Origin: a virus
Lineage: Duplodnaviria > Caudoviricetes
DNA length: 41,616 nt
Virus record (IMG/VR): IMGVR_UViG_3300042347_000083
Location: 1 to 41,616 of that record
Direction: 5' to 3' (one strand)
Positions 1 to 7,492 of this stretch are shown here, piece by piece; positions within the stretch are counted from its first letter, which is position 1, and every line of letters starts with the position of its first letter. The notes beneath the pieces are model-generated. The model was not told the DNA's origin. It was given only the letters and a program-made list of their open reading frames with translations, and made no database searches. The position numbers were made by a program, and so were the translations under genes.

Positions 1-142
1 GGCCTTTGTGCATATACATATCCTTCAGATGCGGCGTTGCACCTTTAGGGTAGTGAAACTCGCGGGTTTCTGTGTAGGTTTCTTTGGTCATCGACGAACA
101 AGCGCACAATGACATTGCTAGTAGTATTGTTGGTGTTTTCAT
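1..142 (-). CDS. Putative lipoprotein, runs off the window edge
   Basis: Manual translation MKTPTILLAMSLCACSSMTKETY...; hydrophobic signal plus lipobox-like LCAC; ATGA overlap with the upstream gene stop. Confidence 0.6.
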   Translation of the reverse strand, partial: MKTPTILLAMSLCACSSMTKETYTETREFHYPKGATPHLKDMYMHKG

Positions 143-687
143 ATGGTGTTATAGTAAGCTGTTCCGTAGCAACCTGACTCTGCTAGTTGAATTGTTTTAC
201 CTTCTTTTCCTGTCCATTCGTCTAGCTTTTCTTTGGTGAGTTCTATTGGATGTCCGTCATGCGGTGGGATGTCTATCCATTCAAAGATTCGTAGTGTCTT
301 TGCGGCTTTTAGTGCGTTCTTGATGATTTGTTCTGGATCGTCGGTATGCTGGAGGCAGTTGTATATCCACGCCTCGTCAAATCCTTCTTCAATTACATCT
401 TCACCACGGAAAACTAAACAATCAATTCCCTTCGCCGCATACCTTTCATAAGTCCACTCTGGATACTCCAATGGATCAACAACCAGTCCTTTACCAATGT
501 TAATCGTCTTGAGAAGCATGGATGTTGGCCCTCCTCCAATATCTAGGATGGATTTACCTTCTACATCGAAAGAGTATCCAACCCGCTTTAGTCCCATAAA
601 ACGGGCATAGACATAATGCTTCTGATCTTCATCGAAGGTATTACAGCAATCTCCCCAGTAGTTTGATTCAAACGTGTAGTCACTCAT
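139..687 (-). CDS. Class I SAM-dependent methyltransferase
   Basis: ILDIGGGP SAM-binding motif I, VVDP, FDEAWIYNCLQHTDDP post-II motif. Confidence 0.8.
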   Translation of the reverse strand: MSDYTFESNYWGDCCNTFDEDQKHYVYARFMGLKRVGYSFDVEGKSILDIGGGPTSMLLKTINIGKGLVVDPLEYPEWTYERYAAKGIDCLVFRGEDVIEEGFDEAWIYNCLQHTDDPEQIIKNALKAAKTLRIFEWIDIPPHDGHPIELTKEKLDEWTGKEGKTIQLAESGCYGTAYYNTI

Positions 688-1811
688 AGGTATTTTTTGT
701 AGTTAGCTAGGAGTCCGTTTGATTTGGAATACCACCCTTCTCCGGTGTATACATCCATCACATCCGCGAAATACTTCTCATACATTGGTGCTACATTCTC
801 TAGGATGAAGTTATTACCGAACGCCCAGCAATCGTAGGGTTCGATCATATTAATGCTGTTGATCGCTTCTACGTAGTCACCCATCGTGCGGCAGCGGAAT
901 CCTGTTACACCATGTAGGTTATTCTCTGTGAAGCTACCCCAGTCGGAGGTGATTGTTGGAGTCCCAGAGAGTAGGTTTTCTACTTGGACACCACCGAATG
1001 GTTCTACATACTGGCTAGGGACAAAGGATGCTTTGGCTTTCGACATGAGCCTCTTCCTAGTAGGAACGTCAGCGTAGCCTACATACTCTACATGGTCTGG
1101 AAGTTGATAACCTTCCTCTTTTTGGCCTGCGATGACTAGCTTTACTCCTGCCCGTTTAGTGGCATCTATAGCAATATCTACACCTTTTCCGCTATAAACC
1201 CTACCCAGATAGAGGAAGTAATCTTCTTTCTGGTCACAGAAGTCGAAGTCTTCCTTATCGAAGTAGTTTGGGATGACTACAGCATAGTTATCTTGCTGGC
1301 AATTCCCTACTGCCTGCATCCCGCAGTAGGCATGGTAGATTGCGTAGGATTCAAATACCTTCCACCTAGCCCAGTGTCCACCAGCATACCCAATGCCCGG
1401 CTCAACTGTTATTAGGTCTGGATGTGCGTCACAGATCGGTCTTACTCCGCTACCCCAGAAGGGTAGGATGAAGTCATGCTTGAGCTTCCTCTTACCTACT
1501 TCTTCGATAGCATTCTTGTAGAACGTCTGGTAGGCATGGTCATTCGTGTTGAACTTGAAGAATGTCTTCCTCCAGTCATGGCTACCATAGCTCTTATTGA
1601 AGTCATCGTTCGTTAATACTGTGACGTGTTCCGTGCATGGGAGTTGACTATCCTCATGCCCGTAGTGGATTACTTCATGGCCGCGCTCGGTCATCATCTT
1701 CCCGAACTTCACCACCTTTTGGGTGTAAGCACAGGCGTTGAATTCTTTGCTTGTCACTGTGTGAGGCAAGCCAAGGATGTGGAATCTGAATTTATCGTTT
1801 CCGATACTCAT
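684..1811 (-). CDS. GT-B (GT4-like) glycosyltransferase
   Basis: GHEVIHYG, VIPNYFD, LYLGRVYSGKGVDIAI and EPFGGVQVENLLSGTPTITSDWG (E-x7-E motif); start reassigned to ATG 1811 (MSIGNDK), which overlaps the upstream stop as ATGA. Confidence 0.85.
   Translation of the reverse strand: MSIGNDKFRFHILGLPHTVTSKEFNACAYTQKVVKFGKMMTERGHEVIHYGHEDSQLPCTEHVTVLTNDDFNKSYGSHDWRKTFFKFNTNDHAYQTFYKNAIEEVGKRKLKHDFILPFWGSGVRPICDAHPDLITVEPGIGYAGGHWARWKVFESYAIYHAYCGMQAVGNCQQDNYAVVIPNYFDKEDFDFCDQKEDYFLYLGRVYSGKGVDIAIDATKRAGVKLVIAGQKEEGYQLPDHVEYVGYADVPTRKRLMSKAKASFVPSQYVEPFGGVQVENLLSGTPTITSDWGSFTENNLHGVTGFRCRTMGDYVEAINSINMIEPYDCWAFGNNFILENVAPMYEKYFADVMDVYTGEGWYSKSNGLLANYKKYL
1792..1807. repeat. 16-bp palindrome, copy 1
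   Basis: TTATCGTTTCCGATAC, just inside the glycosyltransferase start. Confidence 0.85.
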
Positions 1812-2047
1812 AGGTTTTTTAGTATTTTCTTTGCCCAATCTGGGGTGTCTTCTGTGACTGATCCAGTCCAGACAACATTTGGTTCTGTTTTCTTTTTCTT
1901 TAGGTAGTTCCGGTTGGATAGGACAATAATAACCTCGTTGGTTGTGAATCTGAATCCACACTCACAAACCCTCCTCCGCATTACTGTCTTATTGATCTTC
2001 CTGCTGTTAACTACTGACGTTACTTTACCGCATTCTGGACAGGTCAT
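1808..2047 (-). CDS. NrdR-type zinc-ribbon DNA-binding protein without ATP-cone
   Basis: MTCPECG...VVNSR...RRRVCECGFRFTTNE matches the NrdR N-terminal pattern CPxC...DSR...RRRRECxxCxxRFTTxE. Confidence 0.75.
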   Translation of the reverse strand: MTCPECGKVTSVVNSRKINKTVMRRRVCECGFRFTTNEVIIVLSNRNYLKKKKTEPNVVWTGSVTEDTPDWAKKILKNL

Positions 2048-2211
2048 TTCTTATCAAATACAGGCATGAAAGTAGCCTTCTTCATTCCGCGTTTATCGAA
2101 GAACTTCTCGCAGGCTTTGACGATCTCCTTGGAGTTAAGTGGGTATTTCCACCCTACCCGTCCATCGTCATTCGATAGGTTCTCCGTGTTATTCTTTCCG
2201 TTGATTTTCAT
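2044..2211 (-). CDS. Hypothetical protein, 55 aa
   Basis: Manual ORF MKINGKNNTENLSNDDGRVGWKYP...FDKK; ATGA overlaps at both ends. Confidence 0.6.
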   Translation of the reverse strand: MKINGKNNTENLSNDDGRVGWKYPLNSKEIVKACEKFFDKRGMKKATFMPVFDKK

Positions 2212-2450
2212 TTCATTGACTTGCTACCACGGCAACGCCATTTTTTACGTGACAGGTTATTTGGTGAGTTAGGATCACTCTTCCAGTCACCCTTAATCTT
2301 CGCAGAACGAGCGCAATACGCATCGCCCTTGGCAGTTCCGGGGCGAATACGATCACCACCATCTTTAGCCTTACCAGCCTGCCCATACCTCACAGTCTTT
2401 GTCCTGCCAGTCTTGGCGTTCTTGACTACCTTTGTGAATCGCTTTTCCAT
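2208..2450 (-). CDS. Small basic phage protein
   Basis: MEKRFTKVVK...PGTAKGDAYCARS...DPNSPNNLSRKKWRC; start reassigned to ATG 2450. Confidence 0.7.
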   Translation of the reverse strand: MEKRFTKVVKNAKTGRTKTVRYGQAGKAKDGGDRIRPGTAKGDAYCARSAKIKGDWKSDPNSPNNLSRKKWRCRGSKSMK

Positions 2451-2451
2451 A

Positions 2452-2598
2452 TTATTTCTTCTTTGCTGTTTTCTTGGATTGAATGAACGCTTTAGCGGTA
2501 GGGGCGCCTTTCGAGCCAACCTTCCTCATCTTCTCGCCACTGCCAGCTTCGATGCGTTTTTTCTTTTGGTTAATGTTGTAGTAAAGTCCTTTATTCAT
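2452..2598 (-). CDS. Small Lys-rich protein, 48 aa
   Basis: Manual ORF MNKGLYYNINQKKKRIEAGSGEKMRKVGSKGAPTAKAFIQSKKTAKKK fills the gap between neighbours. Confidence 0.7.
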   Translation of the reverse strand: MNKGLYYNINQKKKRIEAGSGEKMRKVGSKGAPTAKAFIQSKKTAKKK

Positions 2599-2600
2599 AA

Positions 2601-2789
2601 TTACTTTTTCTTTTTGGACATTCCAGCTTGTGAAAGTGCAATCGCCACGGCTTGGGCGCGGCTTTTAGCCATAGGTGCTTTTTTCGGGCCTTTAGGGTTC
2701 ACTCCAGCGTGGAGCTTTCCAGCCTTGTATTCCCGCATGACTTTAGCCACCTTCGCGGCCTTACCTGCTTTAGTTGTTGGTTTTTTCAT
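2601..2789 (-). CDS. Small basic protein, DUF6496-like
   Basis: KVMREYKAGKLH...KSRAQAVAIALSQAG pattern. Confidence 0.65.
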   Translation of the reverse strand: MKKPTTKAGKAAKVAKVMREYKAGKLHAGVNPKGPKKAPMAKSRAQAVAIALSQAGMSKKKK

Positions 2790-3115
2790 AGTGCTTCCAT
2801 TCCATCCCTTAATAGTTTAAAGAACGTGTCGGCAGGGATTGTAACCTTCCAGTTCTTGTTATTCTTTTTATGAGCTACTGCCCACGCAATGCCTTTAGCA
2901 TCCCGCTCGGCCTGCTCACAAGCCTTATCTAAATTCAAGTTCTGAACGTGCTTCACCTCAAAGTGGAGCTTACCTTTCAGTTCTTCGCAGACTACATCCG
3001 GTGAGTCTTGACCACCAGCAAATTGCTGTCCTCGTTTAGCGTTGAATCCTTGGGCGCGGAGTTCATCCCGCCACTGGCGTTCTGCTCTAGCTCCCTTTGC
3101 TCTGGAGTTAATCAT
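2786..3115 (-). CDS. Holliday-junction resolvase-like PD-(D/E)XK nuclease
   Basis: SRAKGARAER...SPDVV...HFEVKH motif. Confidence 0.75.
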   Translation of the reverse strand: MINSRAKGARAERQWRDELRAQGFNAKRGQQFAGGQDSPDVVCEELKGKLHFEVKHVQNLNLDKACEQAERDAKGIAWAVAHKKNNKNWKVTIPADTFFKLLRDGMEAL

Positions 3116-3120
3116 AGCGT

Positions 3121-3300
3121 TTAAAGCTCCCAGCTTATTGGAAGTAAATCAAGTTTGTCTCGGTGGCGATCAACTTGCTCACGTGCCTCGTCGCGCTCGC
3201 GTTCCAATTGACGGGCGTGTTTCCATATAATCGGATGAGATAATATTGCCGCGCTTCCAAGCTGATCTTCAATATGGTCTGTTTCTGGTGTGTCACTCAT
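3121..3300 (-). CDS. Hypothetical protein, 59 aa
   Basis: Manual ORF MSDTPETD...ARQLERERDEAREQ...WEL; short coiled coil. Confidence 0.65.
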   Translation of the reverse strand: MSDTPETDHIEDQLGSAAILSHPIIWKHARQLERERDEAREQVDRHRDKLDLLPISWEL

Positions 3301-3523
3301 TGTCTCTGCACTCCTTAATCATTTTATCAATCGCCGCCTTTAGAGTCGGCCACTCATCATTGGAGACTTGGATTATGCCACAATTGTCATCGCTACATTG
3401 TGAAATTTTTAGGAACTCTCCAGCCGCCTCATCAACTACTTCAATTTCTGTCATTGAGTTGGAATACGTTGGACTCCCCTTAATGCACACGCCGATTTTG
3501 AGTGTTCTGATTTCGTAAGTCAC
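3293..3523 (-). CDS. Hypothetical protein
   Basis: ORF track; tightly coupled to neighbours. Confidence 0.65.
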   Translation of the reverse strand: MTYEIRTLKIGVCIKGSPTYSNSMTEIEVVDEAAGEFLKISQCSDDNCGIIQVSNDEWPTLKAAIDKMIKECRDNE

Positions 3524-3714
3524 GGCAACAAGCTATCTACATCTTGTAGTTCTGTCAATACTTTTGTTTCAGAGAAGTATTCATGGTATATCTTCATTCC
3601 TTCACTCCAGTAATTATCTGCGATACAATATCTTTCTTTGTCGAAAGACTCCCAGATCGTCAGGGCAGCGTCCATCAGCCTAGATGCTTTTGCGAATGCT
3701 TGGTCAGTTGTCAT
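3520..3714 (-). CDS. Hypothetical protein
   Basis: ORF track; overlaps both neighbours. Confidence 0.6.
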   Translation of the reverse strand: MTTDQAFAKASRLMDAALTIWESFDKERYCIADNYWSEGMKIYHEYFSETKVLTELQDVDSLLP

Positions 3715-4946
3715 CAGTATACCTCCTCTAGTTTGGAAATGTCACCACGCATGATGACTTCCGTTGTGTAGTTCCTCGCGCCACGGCGGTTCTTCTTGAT
3801 TGTTAACATACTCTTTGTCTTTAGGTGTTCGATATACACAACTTGGTCAGAGTGCATACCGATTGCCCGTGATTCGCGCAGTCTTCCCTCGTCGTTTAAC
3901 TGGGAAGCCGTCAGCATAATCGAATTATTCTTGAGTGCAGATACCTTTAACCGCCTTGCTATCTCTGAAATCTGCCCTTCGCGGCTGTCTGAACCATCAA
4001 AAGAGATGATTTGCAGGTAATCTACAACAATCACATCTGCCCGTTTTTCGCCTGTATATCGTGCGATATTGGCCTCAATTTCGGTGATATCGGCTATTCC
4101 GTCTACGATTTCAATGGGTAACTGGTGTAACTTGAGGAGTGCCGCGCTGATCGCCTTCAGTTCTCCTTGGTTTACATTCTTGTAATCCTCTGGTTCTCGG
4201 ATCGGGTAGCCTGCCATGTTGCAAGCCATGCGGGTTAGGATGTCTTTAGCCTTCATCTCTAGGGAAAAGAATAGGACTGACTTTCCATCCAGTAGATTTG
4301 CGAGTGCAGATTGGACTAGGTAGATGGATTTACCACCACCCGTCTCTGAAGCCACAGTCATCATCTCTCCTTTGTGCATCCCACCCTTGAGCGCACGATC
4401 TACTTTTGTCAGTCCAGTAGTAAAGCATTCGTTTACCGCTTTACCTTCCATCTCATCAATGATCTCGATGATGATATCCTTAACTGGTTTTACTTTGACT
4501 GTCCGATCCTCGGCGCACTTCATTATCGTTTCCGATAACGAGCGAAGGTCAGCCTTGCCAATCCGCAGGTCATTCTCGGTTTTCTCAATGATAGAGATGG
4601 CATCGCGGTATCCCTTCATCTTGTGAAGATTCTTCCGATAGTCATCGGCCATGTCTTGGCACACCTTACCGGATGCGATCTTCATCGTGCATAAAGTGTC
4701 GTGGACAGATTCTTCACCGCCGACTTCTTCTAGCTGTCCGGTTGCTTCAAGCTCTGCAATCGCGGAGAATTGACAGCAAGAGCCTGTCCGCTGGTGAACC
4801 CCTTGGAGGGCATTAAAGATGATTCTGTGGGCAGGTAGCGCGAAATAATCACTATCCCACGTTTGCTGGGAAAGGATGTTTCGATCGGTTGCTATCAGCG
4901 ACAATGCTGCCGCTTCGCTCTTGTGTGCTATTGGGACTTTTTTCAT
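3714..4946 (-). CDS. dnaB: DnaB-like replicative helicase
   Basis: Walker A ASETGGGKS, FFSLEM, IVVDYLQ, ASQLN, LRESRAIGMHSD, KNRRG. Confidence 0.92.
   Translation of the reverse strand: MKKVPIAHKSEAAALSLIATDRNILSQQTWDSDYFALPAHRIIFNALQGVHQRTGSCCQFSAIAELEATGQLEEVGGEESVHDTLCTMKIASGKVCQDMADDYRKNLHKMKGYRDAISIIEKTENDLRIGKADLRSLSETIMKCAEDRTVKVKPVKDIIIEIIDEMEGKAVNECFTTGLTKVDRALKGGMHKGEMMTVASETGGGKSIYLVQSALANLLDGKSVLFFSLEMKAKDILTRMACNMAGYPIREPEDYKNVNQGELKAISAALLKLHQLPIEIVDGIADITEIEANIARYTGEKRADVIVVDYLQIISFDGSDSREGQISEIARRLKVSALKNNSIMLTASQLNDEGRLRESRAIGMHSDQVVYIEHLKTKSMLTIKKNRRGARNYTTEVIMRGDISKLEEVY
4523..4538. repeat. 16-bp palindrome, copy 2
   Basis: TTATCGTTTCCGATAA, inside dnaB. Confidence 0.9.
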
Positions 4947-4950
4947 AAGG

Positions 4951-5655
4951 TTAAAAATTGGCGAAACGTTTTTCTTCGGGTTTAGTGCGGTTAATCCATC
5001 CAGAGAGGAATTGCTGTGTGAACTGGCGGTTTGGTTTCGCCAGTATCCAAGTCTTCGCTTTCTGAACCTCGCGTTCGACGTCCTTGTCGGGGTTAAGACG
5101 AATCAGTTCGTTGATGAAAGCATCGTCTGCGAGTTTCGGTTTTCGTTTTGTTTTCGGTTTTATGGAAATCAAATCAATGGATTTTAAAACTGTTTGCTGT
5201 GATGGTTCTATTTTCGGTTCCTTATGATGGTTCATTATAGGGAGACTAACCGGGGTTACCCCCTCCACCCCCTGCAACGGGTTACCCCCTCCCCCACTAA
5301 CACGGGTTACCCCCTCAACTGACCTAATTCTGCTTGGTGCTATAACCTGTTGAATGACATCTCGACTGATTTCATCGCTACCAATCTTATCAACAATGAT
5401 GGTGTAAAGATTCGATGTTTGCCTTCCGAAATGATCCTCTCGCTCATCTCTGGTAACTACTCCGACCTCAATCAAAGAATTCAAATACTTCTTCAAGATA
5501 GGTTCCGAGACATTCGCTTTTTCTGCTAGTTTCCGAATCGACGGCCAACAACTAGCATCGTCATTGCAGGAATCGGCTAGGGCAAGAAGAACCAATCTTG
5601 CATTTCCTTGAGTCCTGCTTTTCTCAAAGACCTCCGACATTATTCGGACGCTCAT
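4951..5655 (-). CDS. Replication initiator (lambda O-like, N-terminal HTH)
   Basis: RLVLLALAD...CWPSIRKLAEKANVSE...SNLY HTH; internal iterons; adjacent to DnaB; start reassigned to ATG 5655. Confidence 0.8.
   Translation of the reverse strand: MSVRIMSEVFEKSRTQGNARLVLLALADSCNDDASCWPSIRKLAEKANVSEPILKKYLNSLIEVGVVTRDEREDHFGRQTSNLYTIIVDKIGSDEISRDVIQQVIAPSRIRSVEGVTRVSGGGGNPLQGVEGVTPVSLPIMNHHKEPKIEPSQQTVLKSIDLISIKPKTKRKPKLADDAFINELIRLNPDKDVEREVQKAKTWILAKPNRQFTQQFLSGWINRTKPEEKRFANF
5253..5316. repeat. Three iterons GGGTTACCCCCTC, putative replication origin
   Basis: Exact 13-mers at 5253, 5279 and 5304 inside the initiator gene. Confidence 0.75.
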
Positions 5656-5909
5656 TGTATGTGTCCTTTCAAAAAATCTTCGATATAACCAGCAGATACA
5701 AGTTCCTTGTAAGCATTCTCGCCACCCATATCTGCTATAGCTTTCCACAATTCAATTATTGTAACTGTAGATTCTCCTTGTTTAGCGCAAACTAAACATA
5801 TTACTGCTGCTAATCCCTTTGCTTGTAAGGATAGTTTTTCATCTTGAGCCAACTGATGTGGCAAAAACGAATAACCATCTACCACTTTCCAGACACGATT
5901 GTTTTTCAT
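5652..5909 (-). CDS. Small HTH protein resembling a Rep N-terminus
   Basis: DEKLSLQAKGLAAVI...AYKELVSAGYIE winged-helix-like pattern. Confidence 0.55.
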   Translation of the reverse strand: MKNNRVWKVVDGYSFLPHQLAQDEKLSLQAKGLAAVICLVCAKQGESTVTIIELWKAIADMGGENAYKELVSAGYIEDFLKGHIQ

Positions 5910-5910
5910 T

Positions 5911-6053
5911 TAAAAAAAGGCGACCCCCATGGTGGCGAAGAAGTGCGGCAACTGACGCATGAAGGTGGATTACCACCATAGGGATCATTTATTATTGTTT
6001 ATTTAAACTTCTTCAATCCGGCCTTCACCCCGGATGCGTGATTTCTCACACGC
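5911..6053 (-). ncRNA. Structured leader / attenuator of the replication operon
   Basis: Hairpins 6036-6053 and 6016-6035, long stem 5922-5935/5973-5986, then a U7 tract just before the ATG. Confidence 0.5.
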
Positions 6054-6058
6054 GAAAG

Positions 6059-6087
6059 AAACTACTAGATGTTGTATTCAGTGTCAA
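6059..6087 (-). promoter_or_regulatory. Sigma70-type promoter
   Basis: TTGACA-17 bp-TAGTTT on the minus strand. Confidence 0.65.
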
Positions 6088-6096
6088 GCATCTTTT

Positions 6097-6112
6097 TTAT
6101 CGGAACCGATAA
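6097..6112. repeat. 16-bp palindrome, copy 3
   Basis: TTATCGGAACCGATAA, between a stop codon and a -35 box. Confidence 0.9.
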
Positions 6113-6481
6113 TTACTCTAGTTCAATCGTCTCAATCACGCCAGCAGACCAGTCTTCTAGTTTGTCGGTCAGAACCTCCCAGATGTCATCGGCATCACTT
6201 TTGTTTTTGCATTTGAAGATCGAGCGGCGTTCTCCGACACCTTCACCAGCGATAATGAAATCACACTTGATGACAGTATTGGAGTCATGGCCGCAAGCGA
6301 CAATGATACAGGTATTGTTTGGCTTGAGAGCCATCATCAGAATGCCCTCATCATTTTCGTATGTAGCAATGAAAGGTTTTTCTAGCGCGGTGGCTAAAGA
6401 CATATTTGTGACAAGGACAGTCTTTCTAACAGTATCCAGAAGTTCTTCTGCAAATGTATTGTTGTTGTTTGTGTTATCCAT
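6113..6481 (-). CDS. Hypothetical acidic protein
   Basis: ORF track; ATG 6481 (MDNTNNN) preferred because it lies just downstream of a predicted -10. Confidence 0.65.
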   Translation of the reverse strand: MDNTNNNNTFAEELLDTVRKTVLVTNMSLATALEKPFIATYENDEGILMMALKPNNTCIIVACGHDSNTVIKCDFIIAGEGVGERRSIFKCKNKSDADDIWEVLTDKLEDWSAGVIETIELE

Positions 6482-6489
6482 AAGAGATA

Positions 6490-6535
6490 AGGCTATCAAA
6501 AATGCCTTGACTTGTCAATAGTTCTGGTTTAATTT
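6490..6535. promoter_or_regulatory. Back-to-back divergent sigma70 promoters
   Basis: Plus: TTGACT(6507)-17-TAATTT(6530). Minus: TTGACA(6518-6513)-17-TAGCCT(6495-6490). Confidence 0.65.
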
Positions 6536-6542
6536 TATTCAA

Positions 6543-6950
6543 ATGAAACATCCATTAGAAGAAGCCTACGATAGTTGCATGATGGCTTACGAGCAATCAC
6601 GCACTGTTCGTTCTATTGGACGGAGGACTTTCGCCCAGCAACTGCGTGAGACTCGCAGGAAACTGAACATGACTGTCAGGGAGCTGGGCGAAAGGATCGG
6701 AGTGACTGGATCGCTCATCAACCAGATTGAAGTAAACTCCAAGAGTATTCTGAAAAAAGAACAAGTAGAAAAGATTATCGAACTATGCGTGTCTTCCTTG
6801 AAATCGAAGAGGGGAAATACAAGCTCCGAGTCAGTCCATACGCCGCAGAAACCCCAAGTCCCATGCACCAGCGAGGGAAGCCATTCCCCGACAGCTACAG
6901 TCCAGAATACGAAAGCATGGAGTTGGCCACCATCGGACTTCAAGAACTAA
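6543..6950 (+). CDS. XRE-family HTH transcriptional regulator
   Basis: LRETRRKLNMTVRELGERIGVTGSLINQIE. Confidence 0.8.
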   Translation: MKHPLEEAYDSCMMAYEQSRTVRSIGRRTFAQQLRETRRKLNMTVRELGERIGVTGSLINQIEVNSKSILKKEQVEKIIELCVSSLKSKRGNTSSESVHTPQKPQVPCTSEGSHSPTATVQNTKAWSWPPSDFKN

Positions 6951-7027
6951 CTGACTACTTTCAATGCTACGAAGAAAAACGCCTCTCAAAGCCAAAGCGG
7001 GTTTCAAAAAAAGCGGTGGCAAGTTAA
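6785..7027 (+). CDS. Hypothetical protein
   Basis: ORF track; overlaps both neighbours. Confidence 0.5.
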   Translation: MRVFLEIEEGKYKLRVSPYAAETPSPMHQRGKPFPDSYSPEYESMELATIGLQELTDYFQCYEEKRLSKPKRVSKKAVAS

Positions 7028-7278
7028 ATGCCTTCAGCAAAAGAAGGCGCGATGAGTATAAGATATACAAGGTTGCCCGTGAATTATATCTAAACAAACA
7101 TCCGAATTGCGAGGTGTGCGGGAATGTAGCTATGGATATTCACCACAAAGCAAAACGTGGTAAAAACCTATCAAACATGGAAACGTTCATGGCGGTTTGC
7201 AGAATCTGCCATAACAGAATCCACGATAACCCTGCATGGGCCAGAGAAAAGAATTATCTAATTTATGACCACAAATAA
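6964..7278 (+). CDS. HNH endonuclease
   Basis: CEVC...DIHH...RGKN...CRICHNRIH. Confidence 0.8.
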   Translation: MLRRKTPLKAKAGFKKSGGKLNAFSKRRRDEYKIYKVARELYLNKHPNCEVCGNVAMDIHHKAKRGKNLSNMETFMAVCRICHNRIHDNPAWAREKNYLIYDHK

Positions 7279-7492
7279 TACGTTTGAGCCTCGCGTCATC
7301 TGCGAGGGAACTGAAGTAGAAGAGAACCAATACAAGATTCTTTTCCAGCAGAAGTTTAACCAGTGCTGGGTTCCAAAGAAGGACATCCGCCTCAAGGAAA
7401 CGCTAGGGCATATCGGCGGAGAAAAAGTTATCCGTATCGTAGTTCCAGAAGAGGTAGCGAATATTCTGGAACTTGAAGGGATAATGGATTAA
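7265..7492 (+). CDS. Hypothetical protein
   Basis: ORF track. Confidence 0.6.
   Translation: MTTNNTFEPRVICEGTEVEENQYKILFQQKFNQCWVPKKDIRLKETLGHIGGEKVIRIVVPEEVANILELEGIMD

Noticed and set aside
1812-1961. N-terminal extensions in the ORF track (also 5656-5748, 20057-20179, 21900-21935)
   Set aside because: They overlap better-supported upstream genes or promoter sequence; downstream ATGs give ATGA coupling or a better start context.
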